Source: Hyphomicrobiales bacterium
GTDB taxonomy: Bacteria > Pseudomonadota > Alphaproteobacteria > Rhizobiales > JACESI01
Assembly: GCA_039964305.1 (NCBI GenBank)
Contig: JBDVXS010000141.1
Location: forward strand, 2,147 to 66,146
Length of the DNA: 64,000 nt
Direction: 5' to 3'
Below are positions 35,497 through 44,184 of the stretch, piece after piece; the first letter of the stretch is position 1; each line of letters opens with the position of its first letter. Position numbers and translations under genes: made by a program. The notes beneath the pieces are model-generated. The model saw nothing but the letters and a program-made list of their open reading frames with translations. It did no database searches and had not been told where the DNA came from.

Positions 35497-36413
35497 CCAG
35501 AAAATCTGCATCACTAGATGAGCAAATTATCGAAATTGCCAATGTCATCGCCTTTTACGCCAAACGCCTCACCTTAATGCGCGGGCGGGATGAGACGAAA
35601 GAAGCACTGAGCCGAAGCTATTTGTCCAGCGGCAGTGCCAAGGCTGCTTATCAGACAGTGTCACCTTGGTATCAAATACTCGAACCAATTTACACGGAGC
35701 TGGAAGGCTTAATGCAGCAAGCTGACAATGCTGATACGGCGCGCATTTTGGTGGATACGCGTGTTAAACCACAGCTGGAGTATTTGCATCAGATTAGGGC
35801 TGCATATGAGTTTGACAAAGAGATTGACGCTGCAAGATCGATTTTAGATTTAAACGATCCCGCGCAACATTTGGCAGACATTATTGATCATCAATCCTAC
35901 TGGATTTTGACGGAACCCGTTTTAGAGGCTCTCAAATCTGCCCAGAATGTTGCCGTGATCGGTTCTGGCCCGCTCCCTCTCACAGCGCTCGCTGTTGCAG
36001 AACAGACAGATGCAGCCGTTACTTGTTTTGAGCTTGATCGTGAGGCCTTTGATCTCGGCAATCAAATCATCGCACATAGCCCCCAAAAACAAGCCATCAC
36101 CTGCTTGAACCAATTGGCTGAAGGCGGTGATGTTTTTGAAAAGTTTGACGCGGTTATCTCAGCTGTTCTTCTAGGGGTGGATCTTGATAGTTCAAACCAC
36201 ATTCCAAAATCTGAAACGTTGAATGGATTTTTGACCGCTGTGCCAAGCAACGCACCGGTTATTTTGCGCGATCCATTTCGTTTAGGATGCTTGTTTTATC
36301 CAGCCGCTGAAACCGATTTACTTTCAAACGTCGAGGTCAATCGCTTTGACCCTTCAACAGCAATAGGTGAACCCTATCGCTCTTCCTTCCTCATTTTGCG
36401 GACATCTGGTTGA
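35493..36413 (+). CDS. nicotianamine synthase-like (NAS/CntL family) SAM-dependent aminocarboxypropyl transferase, paralog 2
   Basis: It carries the canonical NAS motif VAVIGSGPLPLTALAV, followed by FDAVISAVLLGV, VILRDPFRLGCLFYPAAE and SSFLILR. Its ATG overlaps the stop of paralog 1 (ATGA). Confidence 0.7.
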   Translation: MTRKSASLDEQIIEIANVIAFYAKRLTLMRGRDETKEALSRSYLSSGSAKAAYQTVSPWYQILEPIYTELEGLMQQADNADTARILVDTRVKPQLEYLHQIRAAYEFDKEIDAARSILDLNDPAQHLADIIDHQSYWILTEPVLEALKSAQNVAVIGSGPLPLTALAVAEQTDAAVTCFELDREAFDLGNQIIAHSPQKQAITCLNQLAEGGDVFEKFDAVISAVLLGVDLDSSNHIPKSETLNGFLTAVPSNAPVILRDPFRLGCLFYPAAETDLLSNVEVNRFDPSTAIGEPYRSSFLILRTSG

Positions 36414-36414
36414 T

Positions 36415-37101
36415 ATGGCGACACAAGCTCCATTAAGTTATATAGCTAACTATTATGCAAGTGTTCAGACAAAGAACGCAGCGTTTCCAGAAGTTGCAGA
36501 GTTTTGGCTTTCTGGGTTTCGCCATGTGACAGGCAAGAAAGTTTTGAACCTTGGCTGCGGCCCGATGCTTTATGACAACATGCTCCGCTTTGGTGACGTG
36601 CCTGAGACCTATATCGGCCTTGATCTTAATGCCGCCTCGTTCGAGTTCTTGGAATATGGCGACCATCCCTCCCTAGTAGAAGCGCGAACCAAAGCAGAAG
36701 TCCTTTGTCCAGATATTCAGTTCGTTGCTGGTGATGTGTTCGATCATATGGCGGCCCTTGAAGGCCAATTTGATACCGTCTTGGGTATCGGGTTTTTCGG
36801 TACATTCGAAGGACAACTTTTCGATGATCTGGTTGCCGCTACCCACCAAATGCTTAAGCCAGACGGCCAGCTTTTAAAAATGACGTGGCACGGTGCGCAA
36901 CGCAGTGCGAGTGAAACCGAAGACAAATTGAAATATCGCTATGACAATGAGATTGAACCACCTGCGGACGAATTAATCCGGTTGATAGAAGCGCAAGGTT
37001 TTTCTCTCTCTGTAAATGACATCCTTGCTTGCCCACCTGACACAGTTGGATGGGACAAGATACAAGTCGCAACGTTCAACAAACAAGTCTCATCAAGATG
37101 A
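36415..37101 (+). CDS. SAM-dependent methyltransferase, NNMT/PNMT/TEMT-like (small-molecule N-methyltransferase type)
   Basis: YIANYYASV...FWLSGFRHVTGKKVLNLGCGPMLYDNMLRF...YIGLDLNAASFEFLE resembles the NNMT/PNMT family N-terminal region and its GxGP motif. The ATG at 36415 lies 1 nt after the upstream stop; the track start at 36367 overlaps the previous gene. Confidence 0.6.
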   Translation: MATQAPLSYIANYYASVQTKNAAFPEVAEFWLSGFRHVTGKKVLNLGCGPMLYDNMLRFGDVPETYIGLDLNAASFEFLEYGDHPSLVEARTKAEVLCPDIQFVAGDVFDHMAALEGQFDTVLGIGFFGTFEGQLFDDLVAATHQMLKPDGQLLKMTWHGAQRSASETEDKLKYRYDNEIEPPADELIRLIEAQGFSLSVNDILACPPDTVGWDKIQVATFNKQVSSR

Positions 37102-37970
37102 ACCAATATAACCCCTCGTTCGAGATTATCGACGCCATCCCTGATTATGCAGCATACCAAACACTGAAGACAAAGGTGATTGGTGAAACCTATGATGTTT
37201 CGGCTGCGAAACGAGGGCTTGAAAACACAGATTTTGCGGTTCATGCGATGGACGGCGGTAAATTGGTGGGCTTTGCTCGCGTTATCAGCGACCGAGGTCT
37301 TTGGTATTATTTGACCGAAGAAACAATCGACACCGAGCATCCTGAACCCGATCAAATTCGAACGGCGATGATAAAGCAACTCGTCGATCACTTTTACAAG
37401 GTCTCACCGCCCGGCGGCTATATGATGGCAATGAGTGATAAGCCAGATCTTTATCAAACAGGTGGCATGAAGCTTCTTGACCCACCAGAACGGGGTTTTT
37501 GGGTGCAACAAACTGATGAGCCAAACCCCTTCCCTAAACCAAGTGACGATCTTGGGCCTGGCTACGATGTGATTTACGAAATGGTAGACGCAGAGACCTT
37601 CTTGAAGTTTCGCGAAATCGGTAAACTTGGCAAAAAAGATTTGGCTGCCACCCATGTCAGCGTGGAACGAACACCCTTTGCGGTTCAAGTTCTTTATGAA
37701 GGCGAATGCGTCGCTTTTTGCCGTACCATGCATGATGGCGGGCTTTGCTATCATATGGCCGATGGCGTGGTGTTGCCCGACCACCAAGCAAGTGGTATTG
37801 GGAAGTTCTTTGTAAGTCGACAAATTTATGAATTTTTCAAAATGGCACCTACCGGAGCGCATTATTTAGCGTTTACTTGGGCTGGTGAGTTTGCACTTAA
37901 ATCTGGATTTGAAGAACTACCGGAAAACTATGTTGGTCTTTGGGCATGGCAACCCTTTGATGCGACTTAA
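37098..37970 (+). CDS. tandem GNAT-fold N-acyltransferase (N-terminal half degenerate, C-terminal half with acetyl-CoA motif)
   Basis: There are two repeats of a GNAT-like unit (GKLVGFARVISDRGLWYYL and GECVAFCRTMHDGGLCYHMADGVVLPDHQASGIGKFF). Only the second has the Q/R-x-x-G-x-G/A loop. The ATG at 37098 overlaps the upstream stop (ATGA). Confidence 0.55.
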   Translation: MNQYNPSFEIIDAIPDYAAYQTLKTKVIGETYDVSAAKRGLENTDFAVHAMDGGKLVGFARVISDRGLWYYLTEETIDTEHPEPDQIRTAMIKQLVDHFYKVSPPGGYMMAMSDKPDLYQTGGMKLLDPPERGFWVQQTDEPNPFPKPSDDLGPGYDVIYEMVDAETFLKFREIGKLGKKDLAATHVSVERTPFAVQVLYEGECVAFCRTMHDGGLCYHMADGVVLPDHQASGIGKFFVSRQIYEFFKMAPTGAHYLAFTWAGEFALKSGFEELPENYVGLWAWQPFDAT

Positions 37971-37978
37971 GGGGCACT

Positions 37979-38629
37979 ATGCAGATTAAAGACACTCTAC
38001 CAGAAGACCGACAGGACCGCGTTGGTTGGGCGTATAAAGTTTCAAAAGAAACCGAACGAGCACGCGAACGTTTTGATGCGTGGGCTGAAGACTATGACCG
38101 CGATGTACACGACCTTTACGGTTGGAATGGCCCTGACGCCACCCGCGACTATGTTGTAAAATATATTGCGAAAAATGCTTCCATTTTAGATGCAGGAGCT
38201 GGCACGGGCCTTATGGGCGTTCTTCTGCGTGAAAACGGTTATCACAATTTAGCAGGCACCGATATTTCGCAAAAAATGCTCAATGTTGCACGCTCTAAAG
38301 ACATCTACAAAACCGATTTTCAAGCCGACCTTACCAAGCCACTACCCGTGGATGATAACGCCTTTGATTGTATCGTCTGTGTTGGTGTTAGCGGTTATAT
38401 GATTGCCCAAACCATTGGTGATTTCGTGCGTATTCTAAAACCATCTGGTCACATCATTTATACAATCAGCGACAGCCATTATTATGAACATGGTTATAGC
38501 GATGTAGTGGACGTTTTGGTGTCAGCGGGTTCTATGAAAGTCTTGGAAAAGGGCGACGAATTTGCAGCCTTACCGATTTCTGACCCAGACCACAAAGCAC
38601 GGGTGCACGTTTATCAAAAACGCGGGTAA
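37979..38629 (+). CDS. class I SAM-dependent methyltransferase
   Basis: ILDAGAGTGLMGVLL is motif I, GTDISQKML is motif II, and FDCIVCVGV and LKPSGHIIYT follow. An AAGGGG RBS lies 8 nt after the upstream stop. Confidence 0.75.
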   Translation: MQIKDTLPEDRQDRVGWAYKVSKETERARERFDAWAEDYDRDVHDLYGWNGPDATRDYVVKYIAKNASILDAGAGTGLMGVLLRENGYHNLAGTDISQKMLNVARSKDIYKTDFQADLTKPLPVDDNAFDCIVCVGVSGYMIAQTIGDFVRILKPSGHIIYTISDSHYYEHGYSDVVDVLVSAGSMKVLEKGDEFAALPISDPDHKARVHVYQKRG

Positions 38630-38635
38630 ACTGGA

Positions 38636-39421
38636 TTAGTCTCTTCGGAATATCACGCTGGAAAGCCAACCTGTCAGCATCGCGATAATCACGCAGATAA
38701 CACCGTAGAGATAGCCATAATTGCGTGAGAAACTATAGGTCGCTTGCTCGAAACCTTTCTTGCGGACATTGATTGCATGTGTCGAGCCTGAAACCAATTC
38801 ATTATCAAGCAGCAAATAACTACGTACCTGATGGATACCCACAGGAACAAGTGGTGGAATTTGGATACGCGCTCTGAACAGATTATCACCCAAAAACTCA
38901 ACACCAACGTTTTGGCGATAAAGCTGGTTTCCCATTTTCAACCGAACAATGGCTTTGCGAAAATCTTTGACATCACCGTCCGTTTCAACATTGGAGATAT
39001 CACCCATCTGCATATAGTCAAAGCCAACCTGCAAAGCTTTTAAGGCATCATCGAAACCCGGCTTTTCCATATCAGCCGATGTTTGCATCAAATAAGAGGA
39101 CGGAATATCGCCGAACTCGACATTCTCCTTATTAATCCAAATACCCGCGGCCCGTTGTTTCTTACGAACAACGCCGGGTTCTTTTGGACCTTCCATCACA
39201 ATCACAACATCATAGCGCTCAACGGTAATCTCTTCACCCGTATCACCTGCCGGTTTTTGCATATCGTTGATCGTGCCAAAAATGACAAGCTCGGTCCCGT
39301 TGAAGTCTGAGGTGATGAATACCGTTTCATTCGTCAAACCCGTGACCAATTGCTGAGCATTGGCGGCCTGCACCCAAAACCCAACCATAAGAGCAACGAT
39401 GGCTTTTGTTATATTGGTCAT
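38636..39421 (-). CDS. TIGR02186-type alphaproteobacterial membrane protein (Alph_Pro_TM)
   Basis: Signal peptide, then ITSDFNGTELVIFGT, YDVVIVMEGP, VRKKQRAAGIWIN and a C-terminal TM segment. It is paired with a TauE/SafE permease, as is conserved in alphaproteobacteria. Confidence 0.65.
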   Translation of the reverse strand: MTNITKAIVALMVGFWVQAANAQQLVTGLTNETVFITSDFNGTELVIFGTINDMQKPAGDTGEEITVERYDVVIVMEGPKEPGVVRKKQRAAGIWINKENVEFGDIPSSYLMQTSADMEKPGFDDALKALQVGFDYMQMGDISNVETDGDVKDFRKAIVRLKMGNQLYRQNVGVEFLGDNLFRARIQIPPLVPVGIHQVRSYLLLDNELVSGSTHAINVRKKGFEQATYSFSRNYGYLYGVICVIIAMLTGWLSSVIFRRD

Positions 39422-40353
39422 TAGTGCCCTCCAAATCCGATGGAGAACAATTCGCCTGGCGTCGCAATCAATTCATAGCCAAGACGGGCGCAAACGCCCA
39501 ATACGATTAAAGCAAGCAGCGCTCGTAATTGCTCGCCTTTGAGTTTTTGACCCGTACGCGCGCCAAACTGTGCACCAACCACTCCACCAACCATTAAGAT
39601 GAAGGCAAGCATCACATCAACGGTGAAGTTGGAGCCTGCTTGGATGATTGTCGTGAACATGGTCACGAACATGATTTGAAAGAGTGAGGTTCCAATCACA
39701 ACATTGGTCGGCACGCGAAGGAGATAAATCATGGCAGGAACCATGATGAAGCCGCCGCCCACACCCATAATCGCTGCCAAAACACCAACCAACGCACCAA
39801 TCAACAAGACGGGGATTGCGCTGATATAAAGCTTGGATCGCTTAAACCGCATTTTAAACGGCAACCCATGAATCCAGTTGTGCTGACCCGGCATTTTCGC
39901 CTTCAGCTGCTTGCCTGCTTTCGCGGCCTGCGCCGACCGACGAATAAAGCCAACGCTCTCATAAAGCATCAAACTACCAATGGAACCGAGAAAGCCAACA
40001 TAGGCAAGTTTAATGATGAGATCGAGCTGACCAATTTGTCGAAGAAAGCCAAACAGTAGCACGCCCATAAGAGAGCCAACCAAACCACCAGCCAGCAGCA
40101 GCGAGCCAAGTTTAAAATCGATGCTTTTTCTACGAAAGTGAACAAGCGCACCTGAGAAAGAAGACGCAACAATTTGGTTTGCTTCAGTGGCAACAGCAAC
40201 AGCCGATGGAATGCCTGAGAAAATCAAAAGTGGTGTCATTAAAAAACCACCACCAACCCCAAACATACCCGACAAAAAGCCCACAGCCGCACCCATGCCC
40301 AAGAAGATGAGCACATTTACCGGAAGTTCGGCAATAGGTAGGTACAGATACAT
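39421..40353 (-). CDS. TauE/SafE family anion exporter (sulfite exporter family permease)
   Basis: About 8 TM helices with repeated GVGGGF(L/I)M(T/V)P motifs, one in each half. Confidence 0.75.
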   Translation of the reverse strand: MYLYLPIAELPVNVLIFLGMGAAVGFLSGMFGVGGGFLMTPLLIFSGIPSAVAVATEANQIVASSFSGALVHFRRKSIDFKLGSLLLAGGLVGSLMGVLLFGFLRQIGQLDLIIKLAYVGFLGSIGSLMLYESVGFIRRSAQAAKAGKQLKAKMPGQHNWIHGLPFKMRFKRSKLYISAIPVLLIGALVGVLAAIMGVGGGFIMVPAMIYLLRVPTNVVIGTSLFQIMFVTMFTTIIQAGSNFTVDVMLAFILMVGGVVGAQFGARTGQKLKGEQLRALLALIVLGVCARLGYELIATPGELFSIGFGGH

Positions 40354-40600
40354 GGACGCAGCCTTGTAAATGGAGGCGGATTAAAGACGTCGCGGATGAT
40401 CTCGTTAAAGACCCACAACAAGGTCAAGTCAATACAGACACTAGAACTTTTAGCTTCCAAAGCTGTACGAACTCGTTGCAATATCCATTTAACAGCTCAA
40501 GATTGAATCTGGTCATATTCTTCGTTGGTATGTGGTGCCATGCGCGTGGCGCGGTTCACCGATGATTAAAATGACCAATTTGCAAAATAAGGAACATGCA

Positions 40601-40795
40601 ATGCCCATTATTCGTGTTGAAATGCTGACAGGCAGAACCACTGAACAAAAGCGCAAAATGGCACAAGAACTAACCGATGCTTTTATCAATACGGCAGGCG
40701 GCAATGCGGCGGCTGTTCAAGTGGTTATCACCGACATTGAAAAAGAAGACTGGGCAGCAGGCGGTGAGCTTATGCTGGATAAATATCCAGACTAA
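40601..40795 (+). CDS. 4-oxalocrotonate tautomerase family protein
   Basis: MPIIRVEMLTGRTTEQKRKMAQELTDAF begins with the catalytic Pro-1 right after Met. 64 aa. An AAGGAA RBS is present. The track ORF starting at 40532 is too long. Confidence 0.8.
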   Translation: MPIIRVEMLTGRTTEQKRKMAQELTDAFINTAGGNAAAVQVVITDIEKEDWAAGGELMLDKYPD

Positions 40796-40803
40796 CTTTC
40801 AGC

Positions 40804-41907
40804 CTAGCTAAAACTCAATACGGGTTCACCCAATACATCGAAAATTGGCCTAATACCCAATCCCGGTTCATCTGATGCAGTCATGCGGCCCTTTACCCGT
40901 TGCGGTGCGTTATCTGCAATTGTCACGGTTCCGTAACTATTGAAGTCCGTTGCAGCAAAGCAAAAATCACTTGGTGTCGAACGCGCAAGATGGGCGATGG
41001 CAGCGGTTGTGATATCGCCACCCCATGTATCTTCGATAATCATCGGGATGCCAGATTCAACGGCCAAATCCCGCATCAGTTTCGCCCGCGTTAAACCGCC
41101 AACTTTTGATATTTTGAGATTGATAACATCCATCGCGTCTTCGCTAAGACCGCGCACCAAATTACCCGCATTGTCGATAACTTCATCCAAGATAAATGGT
41201 CTTGTCGTTCGCCGCCTGATAGAGACGCATTCTTCATAGGTCATACATGGCTGCTCGATATAGACATCCACATTTGCAACCGCACTAACAACGCGGGCGG
41301 CTTCATGGCGGGTCCAGCCTGTGTTGGCATCTGCAACCAAGGTATCCTGCGCTGATAAAACCTCACGCGTGGCAAAAATGCGCTCAATATCATCATTGGC
41401 ATCGCCGCCAACTTTCAATTGAAAGCGCGTATAGCCTTCTGCTGAATAGGTCTTAATCTTCGCGGCCATTTCATCCGCACTTTGTTGGGAAATGGCACGG
41501 TATAAAACAACATCATCCTGTGCAGCACCCCCAAGCAGAGAATAGACAGGCTGGCCTGTTGCTTTGCCCAGTAGATCCCAGCAAGCAATATCTAACGGTG
41601 CTTTTGCATAGGGGTGACCTCTAAGAGCCGCATCCATTGTTCGGTTGATTTCACCAAGATTGAGTGGGTTTTTGCCAATAAGGTGCGGCGCAAGTTCTTG
41701 CAGGCCAGCACGAACCCCAATCGCATAAGAGGGCAAATAGGCAGAACCAAGCGGGCAACATTCCGCATATCCGCTTAGGCCCTCATCCGTGGTGATTTCC
41801 ACAACCGTGCTATCAAACACTTCAACGAAGTTACCATTAGACCAGCTATAGCGACCCTCTTTTAGAGGCAAATCAACTTGCCATGCTTTAATCCCAGTAA
41901 TCTTCAT
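40804..41907 (-). CDS. enolase-superfamily enzyme (mandelate racemase/muconate lactonizing family; proline-betaine/hydroxyproline epimerase-dehydratase-like)
   Basis: [15 protein letters not shown] capping domain, barrel with FQLKVGG, the metal ligands DANTGW, IEQP and LDE, and KISKVGGL. Confidence 0.75.
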   Translation of the reverse strand: MKITGIKAWQVDLPLKEGRYSWSNGNFVEVFDSTVVEITTDEGLSGYAECCPLGSAYLPSYAIGVRAGLQELAPHLIGKNPLNLGEINRTMDAALRGHPYAKAPLDIACWDLLGKATGQPVYSLLGGAAQDDVVLYRAISQQSADEMAAKIKTYSAEGYTRFQLKVGGDANDDIERIFATREVLSAQDTLVADANTGWTRHEAARVVSAVANVDVYIEQPCMTYEECVSIRRRTTRPFILDEVIDNAGNLVRGLSEDAMDVINLKISKVGGLTRAKLMRDLAVESGIPMIIEDTWGGDITTAAIAHLARSTPSDFCFAATDFNSYGTVTIADNAPQRVKGRMTASDEPGLGIRPIFDVLGEPVLSFS

Positions 41908-41934
41908 CTAAGCCTCCAAACCCAATTTTGAATA

Positions 41935-42681
41935 TCAAAAATCATAGCCAACGGGTGGCACATCATGGGTCTTTTCTTTCGACTTGCATAGATCAGCAAT
42001 CACACAATTATGGCAGTCTGGTTTGCGTGCCTTGCAAATGTAACGGCCATGCAAGATGAGCCAATGGTGCGCATGAAACTTGATGTCGTCGGGAATGATG
42101 CGATCAAAAGCAAGCTCCACATCAAGCGGTGTTTTACCCGGTGCAATTTTGCAGCGGTTACCAATGCGGAAAAGATGGGTATCAACGGCAATGGTGAGCT
42201 GACCAAAGGCCATGTTCAACACCACATTGGCTGTCTTGCGACCAACACCTGGCAGAGTTTCTAATATCTCGCGGTCAGGCGGCACGTCGCTGTTGTGATC
42301 AGCAATCAACATCTCAGAGAGTTTGATAACGTTTTTCGCCTTCGCCTTATAAAGCCCAATCGTCTTAATATGATCGCGCACTTTATCTTCACCCAGTGCC
42401 ACCATGTCTTCTGGCGTCGTCGCGATTTTAAAAAGTTCTTTCGTCGCTTTGTTTACGCCAATGTCTGTCGCTTGGGCCGAAAGCACAACGGCGACCAGCA
42501 ATGTGAATGTGTTGACGTGATCCAGCTCTCCCTTCGGCTCAGGGTTTTGCTTTTCAAGCCGCTTAAAAATATGACGTACTTCCGCCTCGCTATAAGCTCT
42601 GCGCGGCATACGTTTCTTCTTCGGTGCGGCCTTTGCGCCGGTCGTCACTGATTTTTTCGTTTTGGGCTTGGCGTCTGTCAT
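41935..42681 (-). CDS. nth: endonuclease III
   Basis: HhH-GPD motif LPGVGRKTANVVL, the catalytic VDTH, and the C-terminal 4Fe-4S cluster CKARKPDCHNCVIADLC. It has a Lys-rich N-terminal extension. Confidence 0.9.
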   Translation of the reverse strand: MTDAKPKTKKSVTTGAKAAPKKKRMPRRAYSEAEVRHIFKRLEKQNPEPKGELDHVNTFTLLVAVVLSAQATDIGVNKATKELFKIATTPEDMVALGEDKVRDHIKTIGLYKAKAKNVIKLSEMLIADHNSDVPPDREILETLPGVGRKTANVVLNMAFGQLTIAVDTHLFRIGNRCKIAPGKTPLDVELAFDRIIPDDIKFHAHHWLILHGRYICKARKPDCHNCVIADLCKSKEKTHDVPPVGYDF

Positions 42682-42705
42682 TAGATTTCTATATTAGCAA
42701 TTGTC

Positions 42706-43218
42706 ATGGTTACAGATGTAAAGCCCTTAAGCGAAAACGGAAAGAGCGATGAGCCGTTTGTGGAAATTTTCTCCGCAACGCTTAGACCCTACCGTTCGCT
42801 CAGCCAAAACGGATTTATCGTTTTAATGCTGCTTTTTGGTGGTACGTGTTTTTGCATGGGCTTCTTTTACGTTATGGTTGGCGCATGGCCCGTGTTTGTA
42901 TTTTTAGGGCTTGATGTTTTACTGCTTTATATCGCGTTTCGGGCAAATTACCTTTCAGCCAAAGCCTATGAAGAAATCATCGTGCGCCAAGATGCACTCA
43001 TCATTCGGCGGGTTTCGGCCCGTGGAAAAGTTCGCGAAATTACCTTTAGTCCCTATTGGGTAAAACTCCACCTGTCGCGCGATGAGGATGATGTTGTGAC
43101 AAAGATCTCCGTCACAGCACGTGGCGAACGAGCAAGCCTTGGCCAGTTTCTTAATCCCGATGATAAAACCACATTCGCCAAGGCATTTGGGGCTGCCTTG
43201 TATGAGGCAAAACGTTAG
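42706..43218 (+). CDS. DUF2244 family membrane protein
   Basis: LRPYRSLSQNGFIVLMLLFGG...GAWPVFVFLGLDVLLLYIAFRANY is the DUF2244 signature, with two TM helices. Confidence 0.6.
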   Translation: MVTDVKPLSENGKSDEPFVEIFSATLRPYRSLSQNGFIVLMLLFGGTCFCMGFFYVMVGAWPVFVFLGLDVLLLYIAFRANYLSAKAYEEIIVRQDALIIRRVSARGKVREITFSPYWVKLHLSRDEDDVVTKISVTARGERASLGQFLNPDDKTTFAKAFGAALYEAKR

Positions 43219-43305
43219 ACGGGTGTAAAACCAAGAAGCGCAAGTTTCGGGTGGTGTTAAATTGAGCTGTTCGCTAGCCTTTGACGGTTAGCAAAGGAAT
43301 ACGCG

Positions 43306-44184
43306 ATGCCTCAAACCTCAGCACTGATAGATACATTAGATAACCCGCTCGACTACGTTGTCGTTAGAGCGGCGATTGAATATCTAACCGAGAATGCGAA
43401 GGCACAACCAGACTTAGAAACGCTTGCAAAAGCAATTGGTGAGGACCCCTTTTCCTTGCAAAAATTGTTTAAACGCTGGGCGGGTATTTCTCCTAAAACG
43501 TTCTTGCAGGCCCTAACACTGGATCATGCCAAAAACATGCTGCGTGAAGCGTCCAGCATTTTAGACACGTCATACGAAGTGGGCCTTTCTAGCCCAGGGC
43601 GTTTACATGACCTTTTCGTCTCCCACGAAGCCATGAGCCCGGGCGTTTATAAAGCCAAGGGTGGTGGCGTTTCAATTCACTGGGCCTTTCACCCATCGCC
43701 ATTTGGGCAGGCTTTAGTAATGGTCACTGATCAAGGCCTTGCGGGTCTTGCCTTTTGTGATGAAGGAGAAGAAGTCGCCGCTTTTGATGATATGGCGCGT
43801 CGCTGGCCCAATGCGGCGTATAATCAAGATAGCGCCAAGACAGCGCCTTATATCGCACGCATTTTCAGCCGTGGAGAATGGCAATCCGATCAGCCTCTGC
43901 GGGTGGTCTTTATTGGGACTGATTTTGAAGTGCGCGTGTGGGAAACATTGCTCAAGATCCCATTCGGCAAAGCCACCACCTATGGCGATATTGCCCTTCA
44001 CTTGGATAAACCCAAAGGTGCAGCACGTGCAGTGGGTACGGCCGTTGGTAAAAATCCAATTTCCTTCGTTGTACCGTGCCATCGCGTACTAGGAACAACG
44101 GGGAAACTTTGTGGATATCATTGGGGATTAACACGCAAACAAGCGATACTTGGCTGGGAAACGGGTGTTTCAACCGACAGTTAG
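43306..44184 (+). CDS. AraC-HTH / methylated-DNA-protein-cysteine methyltransferase fusion (Ada/Ogt-like)
   Basis: The N-terminal AraC-type HTH (LQKLFKRWAGISPKTFLQALTLDHAKNML) is fused to an MGMT domain with TTYGDIA and the active site PCHRV. Confidence 0.85.
   Translation: MPQTSALIDTLDNPLDYVVVRAAIEYLTENAKAQPDLETLAKAIGEDPFSLQKLFKRWAGISPKTFLQALTLDHAKNMLREASSILDTSYEVGLSSPGRLHDLFVSHEAMSPGVYKAKGGGVSIHWAFHPSPFGQALVMVTDQGLAGLAFCDEGEEVAAFDDMARRWPNAAYNQDSAKTAPYIARIFSRGEWQSDQPLRVVFIGTDFEVRVWETLLKIPFGKATTYGDIALHLDKPKGAARAVGTAVGKNPISFVVPCHRVLGTTGKLCGYHWGLTRKQAILGWETGVSTDS

Noticed and set aside
36367-36414. Upstream extension of the NNMT-like methyltransferase ORF (track start 36367)
   Set aside because: The extension overlaps the end of NAS-like paralog 2 by 47 nt. 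The ATG at 36415, directly after the upstream stop, gives a compact coupled arrangement like the other junctions.
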